Shown: positions 35,767-44,196 of the stretch, in pieces | Numbering within the stretch: the stretch's first letter is position 1 | How the letters are laid out: each line of letters opens with the position of its first letter | Origin: Oscillospiraceae bacterium | GTDB lineage: Bacteria > Bacillota > Clostridia > Oscillospirales > UBA929 | Length of the DNA: 64,000 bases | Assembly (NCBI GenBank): GCA_009784085.1 | Contig: WRCJ01000001.1 | Span: forward strand, 66-64,065 | Direction: 5' to 3' | Translations under genes and position numbers: made by a program | Notes under the pieces: generated by a model | What the model was told of the DNA's origin: nothing | What the model saw: only the letters and a program-made list of their open reading frames with translations | Database searches by the model: none

Positions 35767-37254
35767 TTACTCTATCTCATAGAGATTGTCCTTGTTTCCG
35801 AGGTAGAATTTTAAGCGTGGCGCAATGGGGTACGGCTTGCCGGGGGTAAGCCTCGTGCCATTCTCCAGATACGTCCCATAACGGGAATTATTATCGATTA
35901 GGCGCAGCGCCCCCCCAATCCGGACGATCTCGCAGTGAATCGAGCTGATGCCGGGCGCCGTCGTGGGATAGACGACATGGCAGCGGGTGGCGTCCCTTCC
36001 CAGCGCGAGCTTGTCGCCATGCAACGGGAACAGCCTACCGGCAAACGGCCCCGTCAGGCCCCGCAGGCCCGTGGGCACGGGCGCGGATTGCGGCACGGGC
36101 GGCGGCACGGGTACGGGCGCGGATTGCGGCACGGGCGGCGGGACCGGCGCAGGTACAGGTTGCGGCATGGGCGGCGGGACGGGTACGGGCGGTGGGACGC
36201 GCAGGGGCGCGTCCCCTACAAGGGACGGGGGATGCGGCACGGGCGGCGGGACGCGCTGGGGCGCGTCCCCTGCAAGGGACGGGGGATGCGTGGCGGCGAC
36301 GGCGGCTTGCGGGAACGCCAAAACCTCCACGACGCCTTTTTTGATGATATAGAGCAAGATTATCCAAGCCGCGACGATCAGCAGGACATACTTAATGGCT
36401 TCCACGGGGGGAATCCCCAAAATGGAGAACGACAGTTTAATGTTCAGCAACTCGGATACATCCAGATTCCATATAAAGTGAAGCAAACATGCCGCGGCAA
36501 AGCAGAGCAAGAAACGTACGTTCACAAAATGGCGGGGGCGCAGCCGGCCGCGTCCCCGGGCAAGCATCAGCGCCCCGCCGTAAAGGGCCGCCCACACCGT
36601 GTGGGCGCCGAGGGCAAGCACCCCCCTGGCCAGTATGGTCTGCATCCCGTAGTTGTTCGTGTATCCCATGGTTTCTATGGCGGCAAAACCTGCGCCCACG
36701 GCCGCGCCGATCAGCACGCCATTGAGGGTGTATCGGTATTTCGGTTTGAGGACAAACAGGCAGATCACCAGCAATTTTGTGGGTTCTTCCGTAAGCGGCG
36801 CCAAAATTGCCTTCATATTGGGAATCATCCTGTTAAAGAGGAATGAGAAAATGATGGACAACGCACCACCGACGAAAATCATGCCAAGGATGAGGTAGAT
36901 CGGGATATTGCGCGGGATATTCATTTCCCACATCAGCAGGACAACGATGAGGGGCAAGACCAGCGCCCCGGCAAAAATCATCGGGATCCGGGCATACGTA
37001 CCCCCTCCGACCACGTCGAGGATGTACAAGGCCACGATAAACAGGAGGGCAAAGATCCCCACCCGGGAAAACAGCCACGGCTTTTTCCACTGAGAGACCA
37101 TTTGATCTTCCCGCGGCGTCGATAGGGACGTGCCGGCCAAAAACATGCTCGCCCCGTCTTCGCTTTTATGTTTCTTGAAAACGTCGGAAAAGATATCCCT
37201 CCATGTAATCTCCTGCTTGGCGGCTTTCCTGAAGAATATTGTGTTGCCTGCCAT
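35767..37254 (-). CDS. PrsW-family intramembrane protease fused to a C-terminal FHA domain
   Basis: The polytopic N-terminal half has an EExxK motif (LTEEPTKLLV), FAAIETMGY and GAHTVWAALYGG, as in PrsW. A Pro-rich linker follows. The C-terminal LALGRDATRCHVVYPTTAPGISSIHCEIV...DNNSRYGTYLNG is FHA-like. Confidence 0.7.
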   Translation of the reverse strand: MAGNTIFFRKAAKQEITWRDIFSDVFKKHKSEDGASMFLAGTSLSTPREDQMVSQWKKPWLFSRVGIFALLFIVALYILDVVGGGTYARIPMIFAGALVLPLIVVLLMWEMNIPRNIPIYLILGMIFVGGALSIIFSFLFNRMIPNMKAILAPLTEEPTKLLVICLFVLKPKYRYTLNGVLIGAAVGAGFAAIETMGYTNNYGMQTILARGVLALGAHTVWAALYGGALMLARGRGRLRPRHFVNVRFLLCFAAACLLHFIWNLDVSELLNIKLSFSILGIPPVEAIKYVLLIVAAWIILLYIIKKGVVEVLAFPQAAVAATHPPSLAGDAPQRVPPPVPHPPSLVGDAPLRVPPPVPVPPPMPQPVPAPVPPPVPQSAPVPVPPPVPQSAPVPTGLRGLTGPFAGRLFPLHGDKLALGRDATRCHVVYPTTAPGISSIHCEIVRIGGALRLIDNNSRYGTYLENGTRLTPGKPYPIAPRLKFYLGNKDNLYEIE

Positions 37255-37303
37255 GGTCCGCTCCTCCTCACATCGCCCTAGCCACTAGCCACTAGCCACT
37301 AGC

Positions 37304-38137
37304 CTACAATACCCTGAATTCGTTCTCAGGCGAAGCCAGATAGAAGCTGTCGCCGGGTTGCAACATGACGCCCTGATGGGGGTTGAGCTTTCTCCCGCCG
37401 GCCAAAAAGGTGCCATATGAGGAGCCTTTGTCCGTGAGCATGAGGCCGGCTGGCAACGCCGACAGTTCGCAGTGCAGGGAGCTGATTCCACTGGTATTGG
37501 CGGGGAATACGATCTGGCACCGCCTCGGATCCCGCCCAAAGGACAGCGATGTGCCAAGCGGGAAATTCGCGCCCGCAAAATGCCCTTTTGTACAGATAAG
37601 CTGGCTCCCCCCATGAGAAGCCACCATGGGACCTGTCACGAGCGGCGTCGTATAGGCGGGCGCAGGGGGCGTCGCCGGATAGGTAGGCGCCGGAGGGGGC
37701 GGGGGAGGCGTCGCCGCGTACGGGGCGGCCTGGGGCGGCGGGGCTTGGGGCGGTGGCGCCGCCGCATACGGGGCGGCCGCCGGAGCCGCTTGGCCTTGCT
37801 TTTTTCCTTTTTGGCTGAGCATCACAATGAGGATAATGAGCGCCAAACCCAGCACCGCCACGAGGATCACCCACCAGTATTCGGATAAGAAATCCGACTG
37901 CGGCGGGGGTTCCTCTGTCACCGGGGGGGGGCCGTCCGTTTCGTCCCCGCTCGGGTCAAAGGGCGGCGGCGGCGGGTCGTCCGGATCCTGGGAAGGTTGC
38001 GGGGGCGGCTTCGGGTTGTCGGCTAGCAACACCGGCGTCCCAGCCCTCGCATAAGCCACGCCCATCGCAACAGGCGTCAGGCATATGGCAACAGCAAGGA
38101 GAACAATAACGATCTTTTTCATACGGCTCACTCTCAC
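37304..38137 (-). CDS. Single-pass membrane protein with signal peptide, Pro-rich ecto-segment, TM, Pro/Ala-rich linker and a cytoplasmic FHA domain
   Basis: MKKIVIVLLAVAICLTPVAMGVAYA; TM WWVILVAVLGLALIILIVML; FHA SFGRDPRRCQIVFPANTSGISSLHCEL...DKGSSYGTFL. It has a GTGA overlap with the PP2C stop. Confidence 0.7.
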   Translation of the reverse strand: MRVSRMKKIVIVLLAVAICLTPVAMGVAYARAGTPVLLADNPKPPPQPSQDPDDPPPPPFDPSGDETDGPPPVTEEPPPQSDFLSEYWWVILVAVLGLALIILIVMLSQKGKKQGQAAPAAAPYAAAPPPQAPPPQAAPYAATPPPPPPAPTYPATPPAPAYTTPLVTGPMVASHGGSQLICTKGHFAGANFPLGTSLSFGRDPRRCQIVFPANTSGISSLHCELSALPAGLMLTDKGSSYGTFLAGGRKLNPHQGVMLQPGDSFYLASPENEFRVL

Positions 38138-39297
38138 AATATCTTTAGTATGATTGCGGTAAAATTGTCTTGATACGGCATAGCCTTATCCAGCACTGCT
38201 TTTTCAAGCAGAAACGCGCTTTCGTGTGGGTCGGCCGCCATGGTGGCCATGATTTCCTCATCGGACAGCGCATTGAAAACGCCATCCGACATGAGCAGCA
38301 CCCGATCATGGGGCAACAATTGCACGGGTTGGTTATTTCGGTCGATTTTCTCTATGTTCTCCATCCCCAAATAGCTGGTGAGCGCTTTGCGCTGCGGGTC
38401 GCCCAAGGCCGCTTCCCAGGTGATCGCCCCGTGCGCGGCCCGCTCGTCCAGTTCCACGGCGTATGTGTGCTCGCGGTTAATCTGGAGCAATGCGCCGCCC
38501 CGAATCAAGTATATCCTGCTGTCGCCGACCGATATCCAATACATCTTCCCGGCATGGACAATCACCGCCACTACGGTGGCGCCGCCTTTTTCGTAGCCGG
38601 CCATGTTGAGCAGGATTTGATCGTTGGTAGAAATCAGCATTCTTAAGAGGAATTCTTCCGGGGTCTGGGCGACTTCGTCTTCGATAAACATATTCAACAT
38701 GATTTGCGTCGCCATATTGCTGATGGCGGCGCCCCCGGGCAGCCCTCCCATACCGTCGGCCATGACGCAGAACACGCCCTTCCTCTCGAATAGTTCCCTG
38801 TTGGAAATATCCGATATGGCGAAGCTGTCCTGCTGGCTATCCCGGCTTCCGATATGGTGCGCGTTGCCAATCATGACCTGGCCAAACATGGCCGGCGCGG
38901 CTACCGTGGGTACGACAAGCGTTGGCGCGGGTGCCATTGGCGCGGCGGCCGGTGGCATAGCTATTGTAGGCGCAGCGGCTGCCGTTGGCGCTACCGCCAT
39001 TGGCGCGGCGGCCGTTGGCAAAGCTACCGTCGGCGCGACCGCCGGCACGGCTACCGTGGGCGCGACGCCTGTTGGCGTGGCTGCCGGCGGCACGGCCATT
39101 GTCGGTACAGCCGCCGGCGGCACGGATCCTGTCGGCGCGGGTCCTGTTGTCACAGGGATGCCCGACGTGACCATGACCGTCTTGGTCATGGCCGCGCCTT
39201 CCTTATCCGGGGCTTCCGCGGCCGGTGGCGCCATGACGAGCGGCGCCACCACCGCCTTCGCTTCGGATTTTTCTTTCTTTTTCTTTTTATTAAACAT
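38134..39297 (-). CDS. PP2C-family Ser/Thr protein phosphatase with an Ala/Pro/Thr/Val-rich N-terminal region
   Basis: GSRDSQQDSF, VMADGMGG, VGDSRIYL and LLMSDGVFNAL. The start is taken at ATG 39297 (MFNKKKKKEK); GTG 39312 is an alternative. Confidence 0.82.
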   Translation of the reverse strand: MFNKKKKKEKSEAKAVVAPLVMAPPAAEAPDKEGAAMTKTVMVTSGIPVTTGPAPTGSVPPAAVPTMAVPPAATPTGVAPTVAVPAVAPTVALPTAAAPMAVAPTAAAAPTIAMPPAAAPMAPAPTLVVPTVAAPAMFGQVMIGNAHHIGSRDSQQDSFAISDISNRELFERKGVFCVMADGMGGLPGGAAISNMATQIMLNMFIEDEVAQTPEEFLLRMLISTNDQILLNMAGYEKGGATVVAVIVHAGKMYWISVGDSRIYLIRGGALLQINREHTYAVELDERAAHGAITWEAALGDPQRKALTSYLGMENIEKIDRNNQPVQLLPHDRVLLMSDGVFNALSDEEIMATMAADPHESAFLLEKAVLDKAMPYQDNFTAIILKIL

Positions 39298-39312
39298 ACC
39301 TCTTACAACCAC

Positions 39313-39912
39313 TTACAACCACGGAAACATTTCGCCGCGCAATTTAATAAAAACAATCTTCGTTTGGCCGATTTCAATGATGTCGTAGGGCTTCAGCTCG
39401 ATGGTGGTCAAGACGGCTTTGTCATTCACCCGGACAATGCCCCTTCCGCCACCCGGCGAAAAATAGAAGGCTTTATCCCGCGTATCGCAGGCGACGGTCG
39501 CGTGGTTATCGCGGGAAACGGTGTCGTCGCCCCGGATGCAGACATCCATCTTCTCGCTTCGCCCAATAAAGTTTTTTTCCGCGTGGAGCCGGTAGTCGCG
39601 GCCTATGTCCATTCCATCCAGGATGACAAGCCACCCCACCACCGGGTCGAAGCCCATATCTTTTTTGAACACCGACTGGGTACGGCCACTGTCGAACGCA
39701 TTCGCCGTGTCCTTCGCCGTATCTACAGAGCGCGTACGATCGTAGCCGTCGTAGGCTGGCGCCGCCGACGCCGCCGAAGCCGCCGGCGCGGCTACTGGGA
39801 CAGTCGACGCGCCCGGTGCGGCAGCAGCGTTTGCGGTGTCGCAATACGGGCATATGGCATGGATCGATGCGTCATAGTAGTGGCCGCCCCCCGCGCATTG
39901 TTTCATTTCCAT
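39313..39912 (-). CDS. Zinc-ribbon plus FHA domain protein
   Basis: MEMKQCAGGGHYYDASIHAICPYCD, then an Ala-rich linker, then the FHA region GRDYRLHAEKNFIGRSEKMDVCIRGDDTVSRDNHATVACD. RBS AAGGGAG lies 8 nt upstream of ATG 39912. Confidence 0.72.
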   Translation of the reverse strand: MEMKQCAGGGHYYDASIHAICPYCDTANAAAAPGASTVPVAAPAASAASAAPAYDGYDRTRSVDTAKDTANAFDSGRTQSVFKKDMGFDPVVGWLVILDGMDIGRDYRLHAEKNFIGRSEKMDVCIRGDDTVSRDNHATVACDTRDKAFYFSPGGGRGIVRVNDKAVLTTIELKPYDIIEIGQTKIVFIKLRGEMFPWL

Positions 39913-39981
39913 TTCGTTATCTCCCTTCAGGTGATTAATCAACGATATTTTATCATTGCTCCGGGGGTTTTTGCAACATGT

Positions 39982-41907
39982 TTATTTCCAATATGCGCAT
40001 AGATTGATAAGTTCCCCGGGCGCCAGGTTGGGAAGGGTAAATGATTCTCCCGCCTGCACCACTACATAGGCCCAATCATCCGGCTTGGAGGCCCTTGAGT
40101 AGTATCCCAGCTCGTCCCCGCGCCTGCACAACCAGCTGCGCCTGTTTACGCTGTACACGTACCAACCGCCAAAGGTGTTCGGCGCCCCGTCTTTGATAAA
40201 TTCGTTTGCCTTGATGGGAAGGGGCGATCCAACCTGCGCGGTTACCGGCGCCATTGTTCCGTACCCGCCCATGGCGTTGTATTTGACGGAAAACTCGCCC
40301 CCCGTTTCCCAAACGGCGTAAAGGGTTAGCGTGTCGTTGGCCTCGGGGCTGAAGCCGACTGTCTTCCATGCGTCTTTGAATACTTTCTTTGCCGCGCCGG
40401 TGGGCTGGCCGCCATCTGCAAAGTACTCCATTTCGCCGTTGTTGTCGTAAATCCACATCCCAAGTTTTTCGCTATAGATATTCCAACCCGCAAAGGCGTA
40501 CCCTTCCCTGGTAAACTGGTTGTTGGGCAGGCGCCATTCGACGCCATCGACGGCCGATATCTCCGTCATTTGCCCCATGCCCCCGTTTGCGTTAAACAAC
40601 AGGGTGTAGACATCGTCGCCGCTCCATACCGCTACCAGCGTAACGACGTCGTTATCTACTGTCCCGAGCACGTCGACGGTTGCCCCATCTGCCAGGTATG
40701 CGTTTTCCCAACCTGCGGGCTGCATCCCATCCGGGGAATAACCGTACTCGACGCCGTTCGTGTACAACCATCCGGCGTTTTTCGCGCTGTAGGCCGCCCA
40801 TCCGTAAAACTCTGCCGAACCGTTCGTAAACTGGTTTTGCGGCAAGACCAGGCTTTCCCCGACTTCGCTCATCACCTGCGCCATTTCCCCGACGCCTCCG
40901 TTGGGGTTGAAGTTGATGAGGAACGTCTCGCTCTTCGGCGGTTCCGGCGACGGGGTAGGCTTCGGCGTTGGCGTTGGGTCGTCGGGGTCCGGCGTCGGGT
41001 CGTCTGGCCCCGGCGTCGGGTCGTTGGGCGGCGGCGTTGGGTCGTCTGGCGGATCAGGATCATCCGGATCTTCGACCGACCCTACGGTGTAGGCGTACCC
41101 CCTTTGAATGGCGATCTCATAGGAAACATAGGCAAATCCATGATCTGCCCAGTCATCCCCCCAGGAGTTGATGAACTTGAAGGCTTGGATATCGTCGTCA
41201 AACCCCACCAGGCATATGGCGTGTCCCCCGAGCATATTGCCTGTCTGTACGTTATATATGTAATTGTTGGTATTGATACTGTAGAAAGACTCGTAGATAT
41301 CGATGCCCACGACCACCCCGTAGTTTTCGTAGATGGCTTGCTTGATCTGGTTCGTCCCATCGATGGTAGCGAATTCCGAAATGCGGTAATTGTACGCGCT
41401 ATCCCGTTGCGCGCTGTTGGGCTGCGTGAGATAATCATTATCCGAATACGGCATTTCGTTCCAAGTACAAACACCTTGCTCCTGCAATAGTTCCATGGCA
41501 TCGGAGATGTAGGAGCCCCTGTCTTCGCCCCCGTTGATCTGGTTGTACACATAGGCGGGGCTGAACAGGTTGTCTTTGTCATAGTTGCCGTTCCCGCCTA
41601 CCATGTTGAGGCAGCTCCTCAAGGCGTAGGCCGTAGCCCAAGCGACACAACTCCCCTGGCCCCCCTGATCGCCGGGGGGAGGGAACATGTCGGCGTTGTC
41701 GAACTTCTTGGGCAGCGCCGCCGTGTCCACCGACATCGTGAACATTTTGGCGGCGACCTTTTCCGGGTCGTCGTCTAAAAACCCTAAACCATAGCTAGCC
41801 CATTTGTTGTTGGGGTCTTGACTTGCGTCGTCCGTGCAGCCGGCAAAGAGCGCGAAGAACATGCAAAATACCAGCAACAATGCCCCTAAAGACCGTTTCT
41901 TTTTCAT
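39982..41907 (-). CDS. Lipoprotein papain-like (C1 family) cysteine peptidase with a Pro/Asp/Thr-rich linker and three Listeria-Bacteroides (InlB B-repeat / Flg_new) domains
   Basis: Lipobox LFAGC. Catalytic contexts are QGGQGSCVAWA (Cys), GGHAICLVGFDD (His) and INSWGDDW (Asn). There are three repeats of the form F..NANGG.G.M......G....LP.N.FTR.GY.F.GW......LYAVW. Confidence 0.8.
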   Translation of the reverse strand: MKKKRSLGALLLVFCMFFALFAGCTDDASQDPNNKWASYGLGFLDDDPEKVAAKMFTMSVDTAALPKKFDNADMFPPPGDQGGQGSCVAWATAYALRSCLNMVGGNGNYDKDNLFSPAYVYNQINGGEDRGSYISDAMELLQEQGVCTWNEMPYSDNDYLTQPNSAQRDSAYNYRISEFATIDGTNQIKQAIYENYGVVVGIDIYESFYSINTNNYIYNVQTGNMLGGHAICLVGFDDDIQAFKFINSWGDDWADHGFAYVSYEIAIQRGYAYTVGSVEDPDDPDPPDDPTPPPNDPTPGPDDPTPDPDDPTPTPKPTPSPEPPKSETFLINFNPNGGVGEMAQVMSEVGESLVLPQNQFTNGSAEFYGWAAYSAKNAGWLYTNGVEYGYSPDGMQPAGWENAYLADGATVDVLGTVDNDVVTLVAVWSGDDVYTLLFNANGGMGQMTEISAVDGVEWRLPNNQFTREGYAFAGWNIYSEKLGMWIYDNNGEMEYFADGGQPTGAAKKVFKDAWKTVGFSPEANDTLTLYAVWETGGEFSVKYNAMGGYGTMAPVTAQVGSPLPIKANEFIKDGAPNTFGGWYVYSVNRRSWLCRRGDELGYYSRASKPDDWAYVVVQAGESFTLPNLAPGELINLCAYWK

Positions 41908-41972
41908 TTTTTTTGCTCCTCCTATTCTTTATTAATATAATACCGCACCAAAACGGCGAGTCCCTCTCTCAT

Positions 41973-42001
41973 ATTGTACAATGTTTTTACGAAAAATTCA
42001 A
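41973..42001 (-). promoter_or_regulatory. Promoter candidate for the peptidase/FHA/kinase operon (TTGAAT, 17 nt spacer, TACAAT)
   Basis: On the minus strand, TTGAAT is the complement of 41996-42001 and TACAAT the complement of 41973-41978, with a 17-nt spacer. Confidence 0.5.
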
Positions 42002-42114
42002 CTGTTTTTTAGTGATTTTCTAATTTTTCCACGTCGGCGCCACAACGATACCGCGTCGGCGCCACGGTCGACAACACGGGCGGCGACCCGGGCGGCGACG
42101 CAACGTCCCTGCGG

Positions 42115-42143
42115 TTGACAAGGCGGCCCTTATGGGGTAAACT
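42115..42143 (+). promoter_or_regulatory. Promoter candidate (TTGACA, 17 nt spacer, TAAACT)
   Basis: ttgaca at 42115-42120 and taaact at 42138-42143, upstream of the MBL-fold gene. Confidence 0.5.
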
Positions 42144-42188
42144 GTTCTCGGATACAACCATTTCTATCAGCAAGGGGATAAAAACCAT

Positions 42189-43010
42189 ATGCGTATACGC
42201 TATCTCGGCACCGGAGCCTCGGAAGGCTTCCCCGGCGTGTTTTGCCAGTGCCCGACCTGCGTGGAAGCGCGCTTGCATGGCGGGCGCAACATTCGCCGCC
42301 GCTCGGCCATGCTCATCGACGGCGTTTTGCTGGTCGACTTGCCCCCGGACTTGCTCTCGCAATCCTTCGAGTGGAAAATCGACATGGGCGCCATTCGCTA
42401 TTTGTTGGTGACGCATACCCACCACGACCACTTTTACGCAGCCGAACTGGCCAACCTGCGCGCGCCGTACACGCTGTCGTCCACGCGGGAAAAGATGGTC
42501 GTGCTTGGTAGCGTGGCCGTATGGGAACGCATGGTAGAAACCCTTGGCGCCGAGGAACTGATACGGCTTGAGGATGTGCTGTCGTATCATGAGCTCAAGC
42601 TATTCGAGCCGGACACCATCGGTCCCTATACCATCACGCCCCTCAAAGCCCGCCACTGCCCCGGCGCGTTCATCTATCTGATTGAAAAGGATGGCCGCGT
42701 CCTGCTGTATGGAAACGACACAGGGTTTTTCCCGGAGGAAACATGGGATTACCTGGCGGGCCGGCGCGTGGACATGGTCAGCATGGATTGCACGAACCCC
42801 CTCCATGCGGACACGCCCAATCATATGACGCTGGAAGACAATGTCACGGTGAAGAGGCGCATGTTCCAGCAAAAGAGCGCCACCGCGCATACGCGATACA
42901 TGGCGACGCATTTTTCCCACACGTCGGGCCTACTTCACCGCCCGATGGAGGATCGCCTGCGCCTGTACGGCGTTGGCATGGCCTATGACGGCCTGGAAGT
43001 TGAGATATGA
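42189..43010 (+). CDS. MBL-fold metallo-hydrolase (PhnP/beta-CASP-unrelated small type)
   Basis: GTGASEGFPGVFC..C..C, and the metal motif LLVTHTHHDHF. Confidence 0.7.
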   Translation: MRIRYLGTGASEGFPGVFCQCPTCVEARLHGGRNIRRRSAMLIDGVLLVDLPPDLLSQSFEWKIDMGAIRYLLVTHTHHDHFYAAELANLRAPYTLSSTREKMVVLGSVAVWERMVETLGAEELIRLEDVLSYHELKLFEPDTIGPYTITPLKARHCPGAFIYLIEKDGRVLLYGNDTGFFPEETWDYLAGRRVDMVSMDCTNPLHADTPNHMTLEDNVTVKRRMFQQKSATAHTRYMATHFSHTSGLLHRPMEDRLRLYGVGMAYDGLEVEI

Positions 43011-43104
43011 GATTGAGAATTAAGGGATAATATCTTCATGCGCGGTTGTATGCGCCGTGATGGATGATAATGGATTATGATGGATTATTGATGAGGTGGT
43101 AACC

Positions 43105-44196
43105 GTGAAGCTAGGGATTGTTGGGCTTCCAAATTCTGGAAAAAGCACGCTATTTAACGCCCTTACGGGCGCCAAGGCCGAATCTGCCAACTATATGTAC
43201 TCCACCATAGAACCCAACGTGGGTTCGGTCCCTGTCCCCGATGAACGCTTGTCTACGCTGGCCGACATGCACAACCCGAAAAAGGTCACGCCGGCCGTCG
43301 TCGAGTTTATGGACATCGCCGGTCTGGCGCGGGGCGCGTCCCGGGGCGAAGGCTTGGGAAACCAGTTCCTCGCTGTCATCCGGGAAGTGGATGCCCTCGT
43401 CCACGTGGTGCGTTGCTTTACATCGGACGACGTCGTATTCGCGGAAGGCGGCGTCGACCCTGTCCGCGACATTGAGATCGTCAACCTGGAACTCACGCTT
43501 TCCGATCTTTCCCTGGTAACTCGCCGGATAGACAAAGCCAACAAACTGGCCAAAGGAGATAAAAAATACGCGGCCGAAGCCGCGCTGTTCACCCGTCTGC
43601 AAACGCACCTGGACGACGGTTTGCCGGCGCGTTCTTTCCCGTGCCTGCCCGAGGAGCGCGATCAGGTCAACACGATCCCTTTGCTGTCGAGCAAGCCGGT
43701 GATCTATTGCGTCAACACAAGCGAAGAGGGTTTTGTAAGCAGGCAAGACAATCCCCATCTGAAGGCGGTAGAAGATCTGGCCGCCCGGGAGGGCGCCTTG
43801 GCGTTACCACTGTGCGCCAAGCTGGAAGCCGACATCGTCGAATTGCCGGAGGAAGACCGGGCCTTATTCCTTGAGGATCTGGGCATCCGCGAGATGGGGT
43901 TGCCCCGCTTGGTGAAGACGTCTTATCAGCTGTTGGGTTTGATTTCCTTTCTTACGGCGGGCAGGCCCGAGGTGCGGGCATGGACTGTCAGGAAAGGCAC
44001 AAAGGCACCGAAAGCCGCAGGCGTCATCCACTCCGACCTGGAGCGCGGTTTCATACGGGCAGAGGTCATCGCCTTCCCAGACCTGCAGGCGGCCGGCTCC
44101 ATGGCCCACGCCAAGGAAAAGGGCCTGGTGCGCCTAGAAGGCAAGGAATACGTCGTGCGCGATGGCGATGTGATATTGTTCCGCTTCAATGTATAA
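43105..44196 (+). CDS. ychF: Ribosome-binding ATPase YchF
   Basis: KLGIVGLPNSGKSTLFNALT, DIAGLARGAS, and a C-terminal TGS-like GFIRAEVI...VRDGDVILFRFNV. GTG 43105 has RBS GAGG 8 nt upstream. Confidence 0.92.
   Translation: MKLGIVGLPNSGKSTLFNALTGAKAESANYMYSTIEPNVGSVPVPDERLSTLADMHNPKKVTPAVVEFMDIAGLARGASRGEGLGNQFLAVIREVDALVHVVRCFTSDDVVFAEGGVDPVRDIEIVNLELTLSDLSLVTRRIDKANKLAKGDKKYAAEAALFTRLQTHLDDGLPARSFPCLPEERDQVNTIPLLSSKPVIYCVNTSEEGFVSRQDNPHLKAVEDLAAREGALALPLCAKLEADIVELPEEDRALFLEDLGIREMGLPRLVKTSYQLLGLISFLTAGRPEVRAWTVRKGTKAPKAAGVIHSDLERGFIRAEVIAFPDLQAAGSMAHAKEKGLVRLEGKEYVVRDGDVILFRFNV

Noticed and set aside
42009-42590. 193-aa minus-strand ORF opposite the MBL-fold hydrolase gene
   Set aside because: It overlaps the promoter and the 5-prime half of a gene with a clear HxHxDH motif and has no motifs of its own, so it is an alternative-frame artefact.
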